Part shown: in pieces, positions 1 through 6,469 of the stretch
Position numbering within the stretch: position 1 is the stretch's first letter
Layout: each line of letters opens with the position of its first letter
Virus record (IMG/VR): IMGVR_UViG_2737471841_000002
Location: 1-7,138 of that record
Length of the DNA stretch: 7,138 nt
From: a virus
Taxonomy: Duplodnaviria; Heunggongvirae; Uroviricota; Caudoviricetes
Reading direction: 5' to 3' (one strand)
Made by a program: the position numbers and the translations under genes
The notes under the pieces: generated by a model
What the model was told of the DNA's origin: nothing
What the model saw: only the letters and a program-made list of their open reading frames with translations
Databases searched by the model: none

Positions 1-310
1 GGGCAGCTCCTGCCCCACCTGATTCTGGTTGGATTTGTTGTGCATTATCCAGCGTCAGATAAAAAACGTTTGACTGGTTAAGCTCTCCTTTTCTTCTGAA
101 TTCCCTTTTCAAAAGCCCCATCTCTTCCAGTGCCCTAATGTGACTTTTTACTGTCGATCTGCTCACCTCACACTGGTCAGCGACATGTTGATATGAAGGC
201 CAGCATTCGCCATTATCATTGGCGTTATCGGCAAGTTTAATCAGAACCAGTTTTCTCAGTGGGTTGCCAACCTTTATATTCATGGCCTTAGCCATAAGAT
301 TCATGCTCAT
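1..310 (-). CDS. Replication initiation protein (lambda O position), N-terminal 103 codons only; gene continues beyond the window start
   Basis: Minus-strand frame is open from ATG at 310 to the window edge (hand translation MSMNLMAKAMNIKVGNPLRKLVLIKLADNANDNGECWPSYQHVADQCEVSRSTVKSHIRALEEMGLLKREF...). The LADNANDNGECWPS...STV...AL..L pattern looks like the winged-HTH N-terminus of phage replication initiators. Start overlaps the upstream ORF stop (ATGA). It sits downstream of cII as O does in lambda. Absent from the ORF track because it is edge-truncated. Confidence 0.6.
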   Translation of the reverse strand, partial: MSMNLMAKAMNIKVGNPLRKLVLIKLADNANDNGECWPSYQHVADQCEVSRSTVKSHIRALEEMGLLKREFRRKGELNQSNVFYLTLDNAQQIQPESGGAGAA

Positions 311-450
311 TTTGACTTCTCCGAAGTTTTGTACCTGTTAAGTATTTCTCTCAGTGGCACAGCTATTGCTGGATTAACCCCCTGATAAAACTGGTCACGT
401 AGCACATCTTTTCGGTGATTAACGCGTTTATTTTCCTGCGTTTTTCGCAT
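307..450 (-). CDS. Hypothetical small basic protein (47 aa) between cII and the replication gene
   Basis: 3' part of track ORF 307..618; the upstream part overlaps cII out of frame. ATG at 450 is preceded by GAGGT with a 6-nt spacer; stop overlaps the next gene's start. No family recognised. Confidence 0.4.
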   Translation of the reverse strand: MRKTQENKRVNHRKDVLRDQFYQGVNPAIAVPLREILNRYKTSEKSK

Positions 451-455
451 ATAAT
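427..455 (+). promoter_or_regulatory. Candidate Po-like promoter for the oop-like RNA (perfect TATAAT at 450-455, weak -35 TTTATT near 427-432)
   Basis: TATAAT read directly on the + strand about 50 nt upstream of the oop-like terminator; the -35 is poor. Position matches lambda Po (between cII and O, opposite to cII). Confidence 0.4.
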
Positions 456-461
456 TACCTC

Positions 462-531
462 GTTGGATGTTATTAAAATTCCATTTGTATTTGATCAGAA
501 CGCTCGGTCTTGCACACCGGGCGTTTTTTAT
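462..531 (+). ncRNA. oop: oop-like antisense RNA overlapping the cII 3' end, ending at an intrinsic terminator (stem 501-508/516-523, T-run 524-529)
   Basis: + strand gatcagaacgctcggtcttgcacaccgggcgttttttattggtgag closely resembles the lambda oop terminator as recalled. Stem cgctcggt/accgggcg (one G-U pair), 7-nt loop, then TTTTTT. It lies antisense inside the last ~57 nt of cII. The 5' end is inferred from the promoter, not observed. Confidence 0.55.
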
Positions 532-772
532 TGGTGAGTCCATCAAGTGCATACTTAAAAGCCCTGCTAATCGGACTGATGTCTGATGCCATTCCGAAAG
601 CACACAAGACCGAAGCAATAAACCTCCAGTCCGTTCTGCTTATCTTCGATTCATGACAGCCAATCATCTTTGCCAGACCGCGCTGGGTAAGCGTTGACAG
701 GTTGATGAGTAAATCAGTTTCAGCGCGATCAACGTCGCGCTGTGATAGTTTGCTGTAACTTGTTTGTTCCAT
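473..772 (-). CDS. cII: CII-family transcriptional activator of lysogeny (99 aa)
   Basis: Track ORF 473..772. C-terminus LTNKKRPVCKTERSDQIQMEF matches the lambda CII tail (..TNKKRPAATERSEQIQMEF); an HTH-like segment TQRGLAKMIGCHESKISR is present; gene lies immediately downstream of cro. The N-terminal two thirds differ from lambda CII. Confidence 0.85.
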   Translation of the reverse strand: MEQTSYSKLSQRDVDRAETDLLINLSTLTQRGLAKMIGCHESKISRTDWRFIASVLCAFGMASDISPISRAFKYALDGLTNKKRPVCKTERSDQIQMEF

Positions 773-782
773 TTCTTACTAT
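750..782 (+). promoter_or_regulatory. Candidate PRE-like CII-activated promoter (TTGC-N6-TTGT at 750-763, possible -10 TACTAT at 777-782)
   Basis: A TTGCtgtaacTTGT repeat overlaps the first codons of cII on the opposite strand and points toward cI, as lambda PRE does. The second repeat is imperfect (TTGT). Confidence 0.3.
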
Positions 783-836
783 TTCCATAGGTAAATAATC
801 ACTAATACTCATCTTTCGATGAGTGCTTAATTAGTT

Positions 837-871
837 ACCGCGTTGTCGGCGGTGCAGATTGATAAAGAGCG
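837..871 (-). promoter_or_regulatory. nutR: boxA (863-871, reads CGCTCTTTA on - strand) and P22-type boxB hairpin (837-853, reads ACCGCCGACAACGCGGT)
   Basis: Immediately downstream of the cro stop in the PR transcript. boxB matches the P22 nutR boxB as recalled and is an interrupted palindrome ACCGC-CGACAAC-GCGGT. Confidence 0.8.
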
Positions 872-878
872 GTGTTAC

Positions 879-1079
879 TTATGCAGTTGTTTTTTTGTTG
901 CTTGGGAAGGGCTTTATTTCTTCCGCATAAACGCTTCCATCAGCGTTTATAGTTAAAAAAATATTTCGGCCTGCATGAATGGCCTTGTTGATCGCGCTTT
1001 GATATACGCCGAGATCTTTAGCCGTCTTGGTTTGACCAAAGCGCATTGCATAATCTTTCAGGGTTATGCGTTGTTCCAT
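879..1079 (-). CDS. cro: Cro repressor, lambda type (66 aa)
   Basis: Track ORF translation [66 protein letters not shown] is near-identical to lambda Cro as recalled (two conservative differences). Confidence 0.95.
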   Translation of the reverse strand: MEQRITLKDYAMRFGQTKTAKDLGVYQSAINKAIHAGRNIFLTINADGSVYAEEIKPFPSNKKTTA

Positions 1080-1103
1080 ACAACCTCCTTAGTACATGCA
1101 ATC

Positions 1104-1132
1104 ATTATCACCGCTAGAGGTAAAATAGTCAA
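1104..1132 (-). promoter_or_regulatory. PR promoter (-10 GATAAT = + 1104-1109; -35 TTGACT = + 1127-1132; 17-bp spacer), transcribing cro leftward
   Basis: Hexamers read directly; they overlap OR1 and OR2 exactly as in lambda. Confidence 0.85.
1106..1122. promoter_or_regulatory. Operator OR1 (tatcaccgctagaggta)
   Basis: 17-bp lambda-type operator; one substitution relative to lambda OR1 as recalled (TATCACCGCCAGAGGTA). Confidence 0.85.
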
Positions 1133-1146
1133 CACGCACGGTGTTA
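1130..1146. promoter_or_regulatory. Operator OR2 (caacacgcacggtgtta)
   Basis: Matches lambda OR2 as recalled. Confidence 0.85.
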
Positions 1147-1173
1147 GATATTTATCCCTTGCGGTGATAGATT
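1145..1173 (+). promoter_or_regulatory. PRM promoter (-35 TAGATA 1145-1150; -10 TAGATT 1168-1173), giving a near-leaderless cI transcript
   Basis: Lambda-type PRM hexamers with 17-bp spacing; the cI ATG is at 1180. Confidence 0.8.
1153..1169. promoter_or_regulatory. Operator OR3 (tatcccttgcggtgata)
   Basis: Matches lambda OR3 as recalled; overlaps the PRM -10. Confidence 0.85.
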
Positions 1174-1176
1174 TAA

Positions 1177-1893
<717 letters not shown>

Positions 1894-1924
1894 TTCAACG
1901 CAGCGAAAAAGGGTAATTCAATTA

Positions 1925-2797
1925 ATGGAACATGATGATTTACAGCAATTACCATCCCCATTCGCAAAATGGAAGGGGAAGATCGACTTAGGTGGTGAAA
2001 GTATTGATTGCTATGTGCTTGACACTGGACATCGTGTTATAGCTTTGCGAGCAACTGTAAAAGCAATTGCCAATGCGGAGTCAGGAGACCTGGCTAAATT
2101 TATTGGCGTTAGCTCACTTAATGGCTTTATAGACAAAGACTTAGTCCTGGCCGAACTCATAGAGTTTTCCATACCAGGAACCCAATTTAAGAGCCAAGGA
2201 CTTAAGACTGAGCAATTTGAATTGATTTGTCGCGGCTATGTACAGGCGCTATACAAAGGCGCGCCATTGACAGATAGACAGCGAGAAATAGCAATTAAAT
2301 GCGCTGTATTAACAGCGGGTTTAACTAGGACTGGGTTAGATGCTCTAATTGATGAGGCTACTGGGTATCAGTATGAGCGCGCAGAGGATGCTCTCCAAGT
2401 AAAACTCAGGGCGTTCATCGCTGAGGAACTAAGAGCATGGGAAAAAACATTTCCTGATGAGTTATGGGAAGAATTTGGTAGATTGACAGGATGGAGCACC
2501 CCATTGCAATCAAGGCCCAAATGGTGGGGGAAATTAGTTATAGAGTTAATTTATGACACTCTTGACGAAGATGTGGCTAAATATCTTAAAGAAAACAAGC
2601 CTGCGGCAGGAGTTCACTGGCATAGACAGTTAACCGAGAACCTAGGTGTAAGGCAGCTTGTATCAAGGTGCTGGGAGGTTATTGGGGTCGCAAAAACATG
2701 CGACACCATGCATGAGCTAAGAAGTCGAGTAGCTCAACACTATGGAAAGAAACCTGTTCAAATGACAATGTATTTACCGGAAAAAGAAATTAAATAA
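1925..2797 (+). CDS. Hypothetical protein (about 290 aa) at the rexA/rexB position; candidate lysogen-expressed exclusion or defence gene
   Basis: Track ORF 1829..2797; the first in-frame ATG after the cI stop is at 1925 (MEHDDLQQLP...). Same strand as cI and immediately downstream; followed by an intrinsic terminator. It does not resemble lambda RexA or RexB as recalled; no family recognised by eye. Confidence 0.7.
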   Translation: MEHDDLQQLPSPFAKWKGKIDLGGESIDCYVLDTGHRVIALRATVKAIANAESGDLAKFIGVSSLNGFIDKDLVLAELIEFSIPGTQFKSQGLKTEQFELICRGYVQALYKGAPLTDRQREIAIKCAVLTAGLTRTGLDALIDEATGYQYERAEDALQVKLRAFIAEELRAWEKTFPDELWEEFGRLTGWSTPLQSRPKWWGKLVIELIYDTLDEDVAKYLKENKPAAGVHWHRQLTENLGVRQLVSRCWEVIGVAKTCDTMHELRSRVAQHYGKKPVQMTMYLPEKEIK

Positions 2798-2804
2798 TAT
2801 ACAA

Positions 2805-2830
2805 CCCGGCCTCAGCGCCGGGTTTTCTTT
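2805..2830 (+). terminator. Intrinsic terminator closing the cI/rex-locus transcription unit
   Basis: cccggc-ctcagc-gccggg followed by ttttcttt, directly after the stop at 2797. Confidence 0.7.
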
Positions 2831-2985
2831 GCCTCACGATCGTCCACATAAAAAACATAATCAATTGTATTTATTGAAAAATAAATAGATACAACTCACT
2901 AAACATCGCAATTCTGATCTCTCGATCACACCACCACAGCAACACACCCCGGCAAAAAATAAATCTATATAAAAAACATACATAT

Positions 2986-3002
2986 AACAACCTGCGGTGA
3001 TA
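2986..3002. promoter_or_regulatory. Operator OL3 (aacaacctgcggtgata)
   Basis: Lambda-type operator; two differences from lambda OL3 as recalled. Confidence 0.75.
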
Positions 3003-3005
3003 AAT

Positions 3006-3022
3006 TATCTCTGGCGGTGTTG
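3006..3022. promoter_or_regulatory. Operator OL2 (tatctctggcggtgttg)
   Basis: Identical to lambda OL2 as recalled. Confidence 0.85.
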
Positions 3023-3048
3023 ACAAGCATACCACTAGCGGTGATACT
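3020..3048 (+). promoter_or_regulatory. PL promoter (-35 TTGACA 3020-3025; -10 GATACT 3043-3048; 17-bp spacer)
   Basis: Hexamers read directly and embedded in OL1/OL2; the surrounding sequence resembles the lambda PL region as recalled. Confidence 0.9.
3030..3046. promoter_or_regulatory. Operator OL1 (taccactagcggtgata)
   Basis: Lambda-type operator with one substitution relative to lambda OL1 as recalled (TACCACTGGCGGTGATA). Confidence 0.85.
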
Positions 3049-3093
3049 AAACACATCAGCAGGACGCTGGTAGCCAAACGGAACAGATTGGCA

Positions 3094-3128
3094 TGCTCTT
3101 TAACTTCGATGGGGCGCTGACAAAGCGC
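3094..3128 (+). promoter_or_regulatory. nutL: boxA (tgctctttaa, 3094-3103) and P22-type boxB hairpin (gcgctgacaaagcgc, 3114-3128)
   Basis: boxB is identical to the P22 nutL boxB as recalled (GCGCUGACAAAGCGC), a 5-bp stem with a GACAA loop, about 30 nt downstream of the PL start region. Confidence 0.85.
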
Positions 3129-3247
3129 AAACAGATACCAAACGAGATGGGTTTGGCGGTGATGTGAATTGCAGCTGCAACGACAGCAACCAGAAGATCA
3201 GCACCTGGCGCATCACCACCAAAGCCATTTCACATGAGGAAAATATC

Positions 3248-3556
3248 ATGACGGTAATCGTGTACGGAAAATCAACATTTGCAGGAAATGCCAAAACTCG
3301 CCGTCATGAGCGGCGCAGAAAGCTGGCTATCGAGCGTGATGCTATATGCAACATCATCGATTCGATCTTCGGCACAGACAGTGAGGAACCTGTTCAGGAA
3401 GCCCCGAGAAAGCGTTTAAGCATTTCTGAAAAAGCAATATCACTCGGCATCATTAGCAAATCAAATACAGATGCGAATAGCGGAAGCGTTTGTTTGCCTG
3501 AAGTTGCACTGTATGCTGCTGGTTACAGAAGGCAAAAACTAATTACAGCGAGGTAA
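3248..3556 (+). CDS. N: N-type transcription antiterminator, P22 gene 24 type (102 aa)
   Basis: Track ORF 3164..3556 with internal ATG at 3248 preceded by GAGGA; MTVIVYGKSTFAGNAKTRRHERRRKLAIERD... contains the P22 N arginine-rich motif (NAKTRRHERRRKLAIER) as recalled. It is first in the PL operon and paired with P22-type boxB sites. Confidence 0.9.
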   Translation: MTVIVYGKSTFAGNAKTRRHERRRKLAIERDAICNIIDSIFGTDSEEPVQEAPRKRLSISEKAISLGIISKSNTDANSGSVCLPEVALYAAGYRRQKLITAR

Positions 3557-3558
3557 AA

Positions 3559-3837
3559 ATGAAGCCTAGCATAACAATCAAGCCAGCGAGAGATAATAGC
3601 AGGAACCGCCGCAGAGAGGCCAGGAAGGCAGAAAGAGCAGAGAAGGAAAACAAGAGCCGGGAGGAGAGAAAGGCAGAGATTTTGGAAAAAGGAGGATTGG
3701 CTGCCGTGAGGGGTGAAAAAGCAGCTGAATTAGCAGTAGCTCACGAAAAGACAGAGATTGACAATAATTCTGGTGGAGATGCAATGTTTAAAGTTGTCAA
3801 TCACGCCCATCAACGAAACCCCAAAAAGAAATGGTAA
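3559..3837 (+). CDS. Hypothetical highly charged basic protein (92 aa) with an arginine-rich N-terminal segment
   Basis: Track ORF; ATG two nt after the N stop, with the GAGG Shine-Dalgarno inside the N 3' end (translational coupling). Composition RDNSRNRRREARKAERAEKENKSREERKAE. Confidence 0.55.
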   Translation: MKPSITIKPARDNSRNRRREARKAERAEKENKSREERKAEILEKGGLAAVRGEKAAELAVAHEKTEIDNNSGGDAMFKVVNHAHQRNPKKKW

Positions 3838-3840
3838 TCA

Positions 3841-3862
3841 ACCCGTCCAAGACGGGTTTTTT
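3841..3862 (+). terminator. Intrinsic terminator (tL1-like) after the 92-aa ORF
   Basis: acccgtccaagacgggtttttt: GC-rich stem then T6, three nt after the stop. Confidence 0.7.
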
Positions 3863-3894
3863 ATTGCAAGCAAACCACTTATTTGAGGTGAGAT

Positions 3895-4146
3895 ATGGAG
3901 TTTCATGAAAGTGCGATTTGTGATTTTCGCGCTAACGCAAATTCAGTAAAACCACAGCCAATTGCAGTTCTTTTTAAAACAATGGGTGCGTGGGCTGTTT
4001 TATGCTTCGCCGCTGATGACACTGACGCAAGAATGGCAATAGGCCAAGAGATGGAGATGGACCCGACAAACGATGAATTCATAATTTATGGCGCTCCATC
4101 TAATTACTTACTTGATACCTGCAACATTTACAACAAGGCTGCCTGA
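3895..4146 (+). CDS. Hypothetical protein (83 aa) with a hydrophobic central segment
   Basis: Track ORF; GAGGTG Shine-Dalgarno 5-10 nt upstream of the ATG. No family recognised. Confidence 0.5.
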   Translation: MEFHESAICDFRANANSVKPQPIAVLFKTMGAWAVLCFAADDTDARMAIGQEMEMDPTNDEFIIYGAPSNYLLDTCNIYNKAA

Positions 4147-4282
4147 TGGTGGCCTTTATTTTTGGCATAAACAACAGAATAAACACTGCACTGTGTATTC
4201 ATTCCAACGAGTGAATACACGGAGCAATGTCGCTCGTAACTAAACAGGAGCCGACTTGTTCTGATTATTGGAAATCTTCTTT

Positions 4283-4310
4283 GCCCTCCAGTGTGAGGGC
4301 AATTTTTTTT
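4283..4310 (+). terminator. Intrinsic terminator (tL2-like) directly upstream of the next gene's ribosome-binding site
   Basis: gccctc-cagtgt-gagggc followed by aatttttttt. Confidence 0.7.
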
Positions 4311-4322
4311 GATGGAGGATAT

Positions 4323-5291
4323 ATGAGTGAAGTAACAGATTTAGTTGTTATTGAAAAAGCAAATGCAATGACTGTATTTCAGTCTGCCGACCAGATTGAA
4401 GAAATCCTTCAAAAGGTTGAACGTGAAGTTATGTCCTTTGTGCCTGATATCACAACGGCAAAGGGCAGAAAGGAGATCGCTTCTCTGGCGTATAAAGTTG
4501 CGCAGACGAAAACATATCTCGATGGTCTTGGCAAAGACCTTGTTGCTGAACTGAAGGAAATTCCAAAGCTAATTGATGCCAACCGCAAGACAGTGCGTGA
4601 TCGACTTGATGAGCTGAAAGCCAAGGCACGCCAGCCTCTTACTGATTATGAGGATGAACAGGCACGGATTAAAGCCGAAGAAGAAGCTAAGGCAGCAGCT
4701 GAAGCTCTCGCAAAGCAAATTGAGTCTGACCATGAAATAGCGATTTTGATGGATCGCGAATTTGACCGCCAAAGAGAAGAGGCAAGACTCAAAGCGGAGC
4801 AGGAAAAGCGAGAGCATGAAGAACGCTTAAAAAGAGAAGCTGAAGAGAAAGCCAGAGCAGAAGCCGAAGCAAAGGCAAAAGCAGAAATTGAAGCAGCAGC
4901 AAGACGAGAAGCAGAGGCTAAGGCCGCAGCGGAACGTGCAGAGCGTGAACGCATTGAAGCCGAGCAACGAGCACAGCGCGAAGCAAAAGAGGCAGCAGAA
5001 CGAGCTGAAAAAGAAAAGCAGGCAGCAATTGAAGCAGAACGCAGAAAAGCACAGGAGGAGGCTGAACGAATCCGTCGCGAGGCTGAAGCAAAAGAGCAAG
5101 CCAGAATCGCAGAAGAAAAAAGAATCAAGGACGAAGAAGAGCACAGAGCAAAGGATAAAGCTCACCGGAAAGAAGTAAATAACAAAATACTTGCTGACCT
5201 TATCAAGGTTGGCGCATCAGAAGATGTTGCTAAAAATATCATAACAGCCATCGTAAAAGGCGAAGTATTCGCAACAAAAATAACCTACTAA
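4323..5291 (+). CDS. Hypothetical protein (322 aa): N-terminal domain, ~180-aa E/A/K/R-rich helical region, short C-terminal domain
   Basis: Track ORF 4227..5291; internal ATG at 4323 is preceded by GGAGG and lies downstream of the terminator at 4283-4310, so 4323 is the likely start. The central region is a degenerate charged repeat (EAEAKAKAEIEAAARREAEAKAAAERAERERIEAEQRAQREAKEAAERAEKEK). Confidence 0.7.
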   Translation: MSEVTDLVVIEKANAMTVFQSADQIEEILQKVEREVMSFVPDITTAKGRKEIASLAYKVAQTKTYLDGLGKDLVAELKEIPKLIDANRKTVRDRLDELKAKARQPLTDYEDEQARIKAEEEAKAAAEALAKQIESDHEIAILMDREFDRQREEARLKAEQEKREHEERLKREAEEKARAEAEAKAKAEIEAAARREAEAKAAAERAERERIEAEQRAQREAKEAAERAEKEKQAAIEAERRKAQEEAERIRREAEAKEQARIAEEKRIKDEEEHRAKDKAHRKEVNNKILADLIKVGASEDVAKNIITAIVKGEVFATKITY

Positions 5292-5315
5292 TAAAACCAA
5301 CATAAGGAACCACCC

Positions 5316-5462
5316 ATGATTTACGCAATCGCGGGAGGCGCTCGCATGGGTGCCTTCCAACTAAATGAATCTTTACTTGAACGAATCACCCGTAAATTAC
5401 GTGACGGATGGAAACGACTCATCGACGTACTTAATCAGCCAGGAGTTCCAAAAAATGGATAA
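5316..5462 (+). CDS. cIII: CIII-like protein (48 aa), the lambda FtsH inhibitor that stabilises CII
   Basis: Hand translation MIYAIAGGARMGAFQLNESLLERITRKLRDGWKRLIDVLNQPGVPKNG; its core matches lambda CIII as recalled (ESLLERITRKLRDGWKRLIDILNQPGVPKNG). AAGGA Shine-Dalgarno upstream. Below the ORF-track length cutoff. Confidence 0.7.
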   Translation: MIYAIAGGARMGAFQLNESLLERITRKLRDGWKRLIDVLNQPGVPKNG

Positions 5463-5568
5463 AACACTTATGGCTATTCAGACTAAATTCACTATCGCCA
5501 CTTTTATTGGCGATGAAAAGATGTTTCGTGAGGCCGTCGAAGCCTACAGAAAATGGAGGTCTAAATGA
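5455..5568 (+). CDS. kil: Kil-like host cell-division inhibitor (37 aa)
   Basis: Internal ATG of track ORF 5365..5568, preceded by AGGAG; MDKTLMAIQTKFTIATFIGDEKMFREAVEAYRKW resembles the lambda Kil N-terminus as recalled. Overlaps the cIII 3' end by 8 nt. Confidence 0.6.
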   Translation: MDKTLMAIQTKFTIATFIGDEKMFREAVEAYRKWRSK

Positions 5569-5753
5569 TTCCGGTAGAGCTGGCGAAAACTCCAGAGTTA
5601 AGTCGATTAAAAAGAGAATATCACATTGCTGAGGCTCGTTACTGGCGTAAAGCGGGAGATAAATCAAAGAAACAACTTTGTTTATGGCAAGCACAAAGAG
5701 AGCGCATGAATGAGCGCGAATTTCTTTCCTCCCCATCCGAATTACCATTCTGA
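5565..5753 (+). CDS. Hypothetical protein (62 aa) in the position lambda uses for gam
   Basis: Track ORF; start overlaps the kil stop (ATGA). No resemblance to lambda Gam as recalled. Confidence 0.45.
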   Translation: MIPVELAKTPELSRLKREYHIAEARYWRKAGDKSKKQLCLWQAQRERMNEREFLSSPSELPF

Positions 5754-5761
5754 GGTGAATT

Positions 5762-6469
5762 ATGGATTTGAATAAATTCGATGAGCCATTCAGCCCTGAA
5801 GATATCGAATGGCGAATACAGCAAAGCGGTAAAACACGCGATGGAAAAGTGTGGGCTATGGTGCTGGCTTATGTCACGAACAGGGCAATCATGAAACGCC
5901 TGGACGATGTTTGCGGCAAAGCAGGATGGCGCAATGAATACCGCGATATTCCCAACAACGGAGGCGTTGAATGCGGCATATCAATCAGGATTGATTCCGA
6001 ATGGGTAACCAAATGGGATGCTGCTGAAAACACGCAGGTAGAAGCCGTCAAAGGTGGTCGTTCAGGTGCAATGAAGCGTGCTGCCGTTCAGTGGGGAATC
6101 GGTCGGTATCTGTATAACCTTGAGGAAGGTTTCGCACAAACATCTCTCGATAAAAAGCAGGGGTGGCACAGGGCAAAACTGAAGGATGGAACAGGATTTT
6201 ACTGGCTCCCTCCATCGCTGCCGGGATGGGCAATCCCAGCATCAGATAACAAACCATCACCAGAAAATACCAACCAGAAATCTCCATCGGTTGACTGCGA
6301 ACAAATCCTGAAAGACTTCAGCGATTATGCGTCAACAGAAACTGACAAGAAAAAACTCATCGAGCGTTATCAGCGTGACTGGCAATTAATGGCTGGCAAC
6401 GAGGAGGCGCAGGCTAAATGCGTTCAGGTAATGAACATCAGAGTTAACGAACTAAAACAGGCGGCATAA
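5762..6469 (+). CDS. Rad52-like single-strand annealing protein (phage recombinase, 235 aa)
   Basis: Track ORF; GAGGTG Shine-Dalgarno. The segment EAVKGGRSGAMKRAAVQWGIGRYLY parallels the conserved Rad52 motif (EAVTDGLKRALRSFGNALG); gene is immediately followed by ssb. Confidence 0.75.
   Translation: MDLNKFDEPFSPEDIEWRIQQSGKTRDGKVWAMVLAYVTNRAIMKRLDDVCGKAGWRNEYRDIPNNGGVECGISIRIDSEWVTKWDAAENTQVEAVKGGRSGAMKRAAVQWGIGRYLYNLEEGFAQTSLDKKQGWHRAKLKDGTGFYWLPPSLPGWAIPASDNKPSPENTNQKSPSVDCEQILKDFSDYASTETDKKKLIERYQRDWQLMAGNEEAQAKCVQVMNIRVNELKQAA

Noticed and set aside
451-618. Upstream part of track ORF 307..618 (-)
   Set aside because: Overlaps cII (473..772) in another frame. Only the 3' part from the ATG at 450, which has its own ribosome-binding site, is a plausible gene.
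2871-3077. Track ORF 2871..3077 (-), 68 aa
   Set aside because: Lies in the AT-rich region upstream of OL and across OL/PL, which resembles lambda non-coding sequence as recalled; no ribosome-binding site noted.
3100-3294. Track ORF 3100..3294 (-) and the 3164..3247 extension of the N ORF
   Set aside because: Both overlap nutL and the N leader. The N homology and ribosome-binding site place the start at 3248.
3578-3784. Track ORF 3578..3784 (-), 68 aa
   Set aside because: Antisense to the coupled 92-aa ORF; the open frame comes from the charged-codon bias.
3895-4146. Possible Ral homologue (the 83-aa ORF ends in NKAA, as lambda Ral does as I recall)
   Set aside because: Similarity is limited to the last four residues; too little to assign a name.
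4191-4213. Possible LexA SOS box near the palindrome (CTGT at 4191)
   Set aside because: The sequence does not fit CTGT-N8-ACAG; the downstream half is TCCA, not ACAG.
4650-5150. Possible tandem-repeat or CRISPR-like array
   Set aside because: Repetition is at the codon-composition level, degenerate and in frame with a long ORF. There are no regular direct repeats with unique spacers.
4409-5178. Track ORFs 4409..4624 (-), 4569..4817 (-), 4646..5128 (-), 4827..5165 (-), 4888..5178 (+)
   Set aside because: All fall within the GAA/GCA/AAA-rich repeat region of the 322-aa gene. Their translations are low-complexity Ser/Ala/Phe/Cys/Leu strings typical of off-frame readings of a charged repeat.
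5365-5454. N-terminal extension of the kil ORF (track ORF 5365..5568)
   Set aside because: Overlaps the cIII frame. The Kil-like homology and the AGGAG ribosome-binding site begin at the ATG at 5455.
5431-6287. Track ORFs 5431..5748 (-), 5639..5824 (-), 5869..6051 (-), 6048..6287 (-)
   Set aside because: Antisense to kil, the 62-aa ORF and the Rad52-like gene; no ribosome-binding sites or recognisable products.
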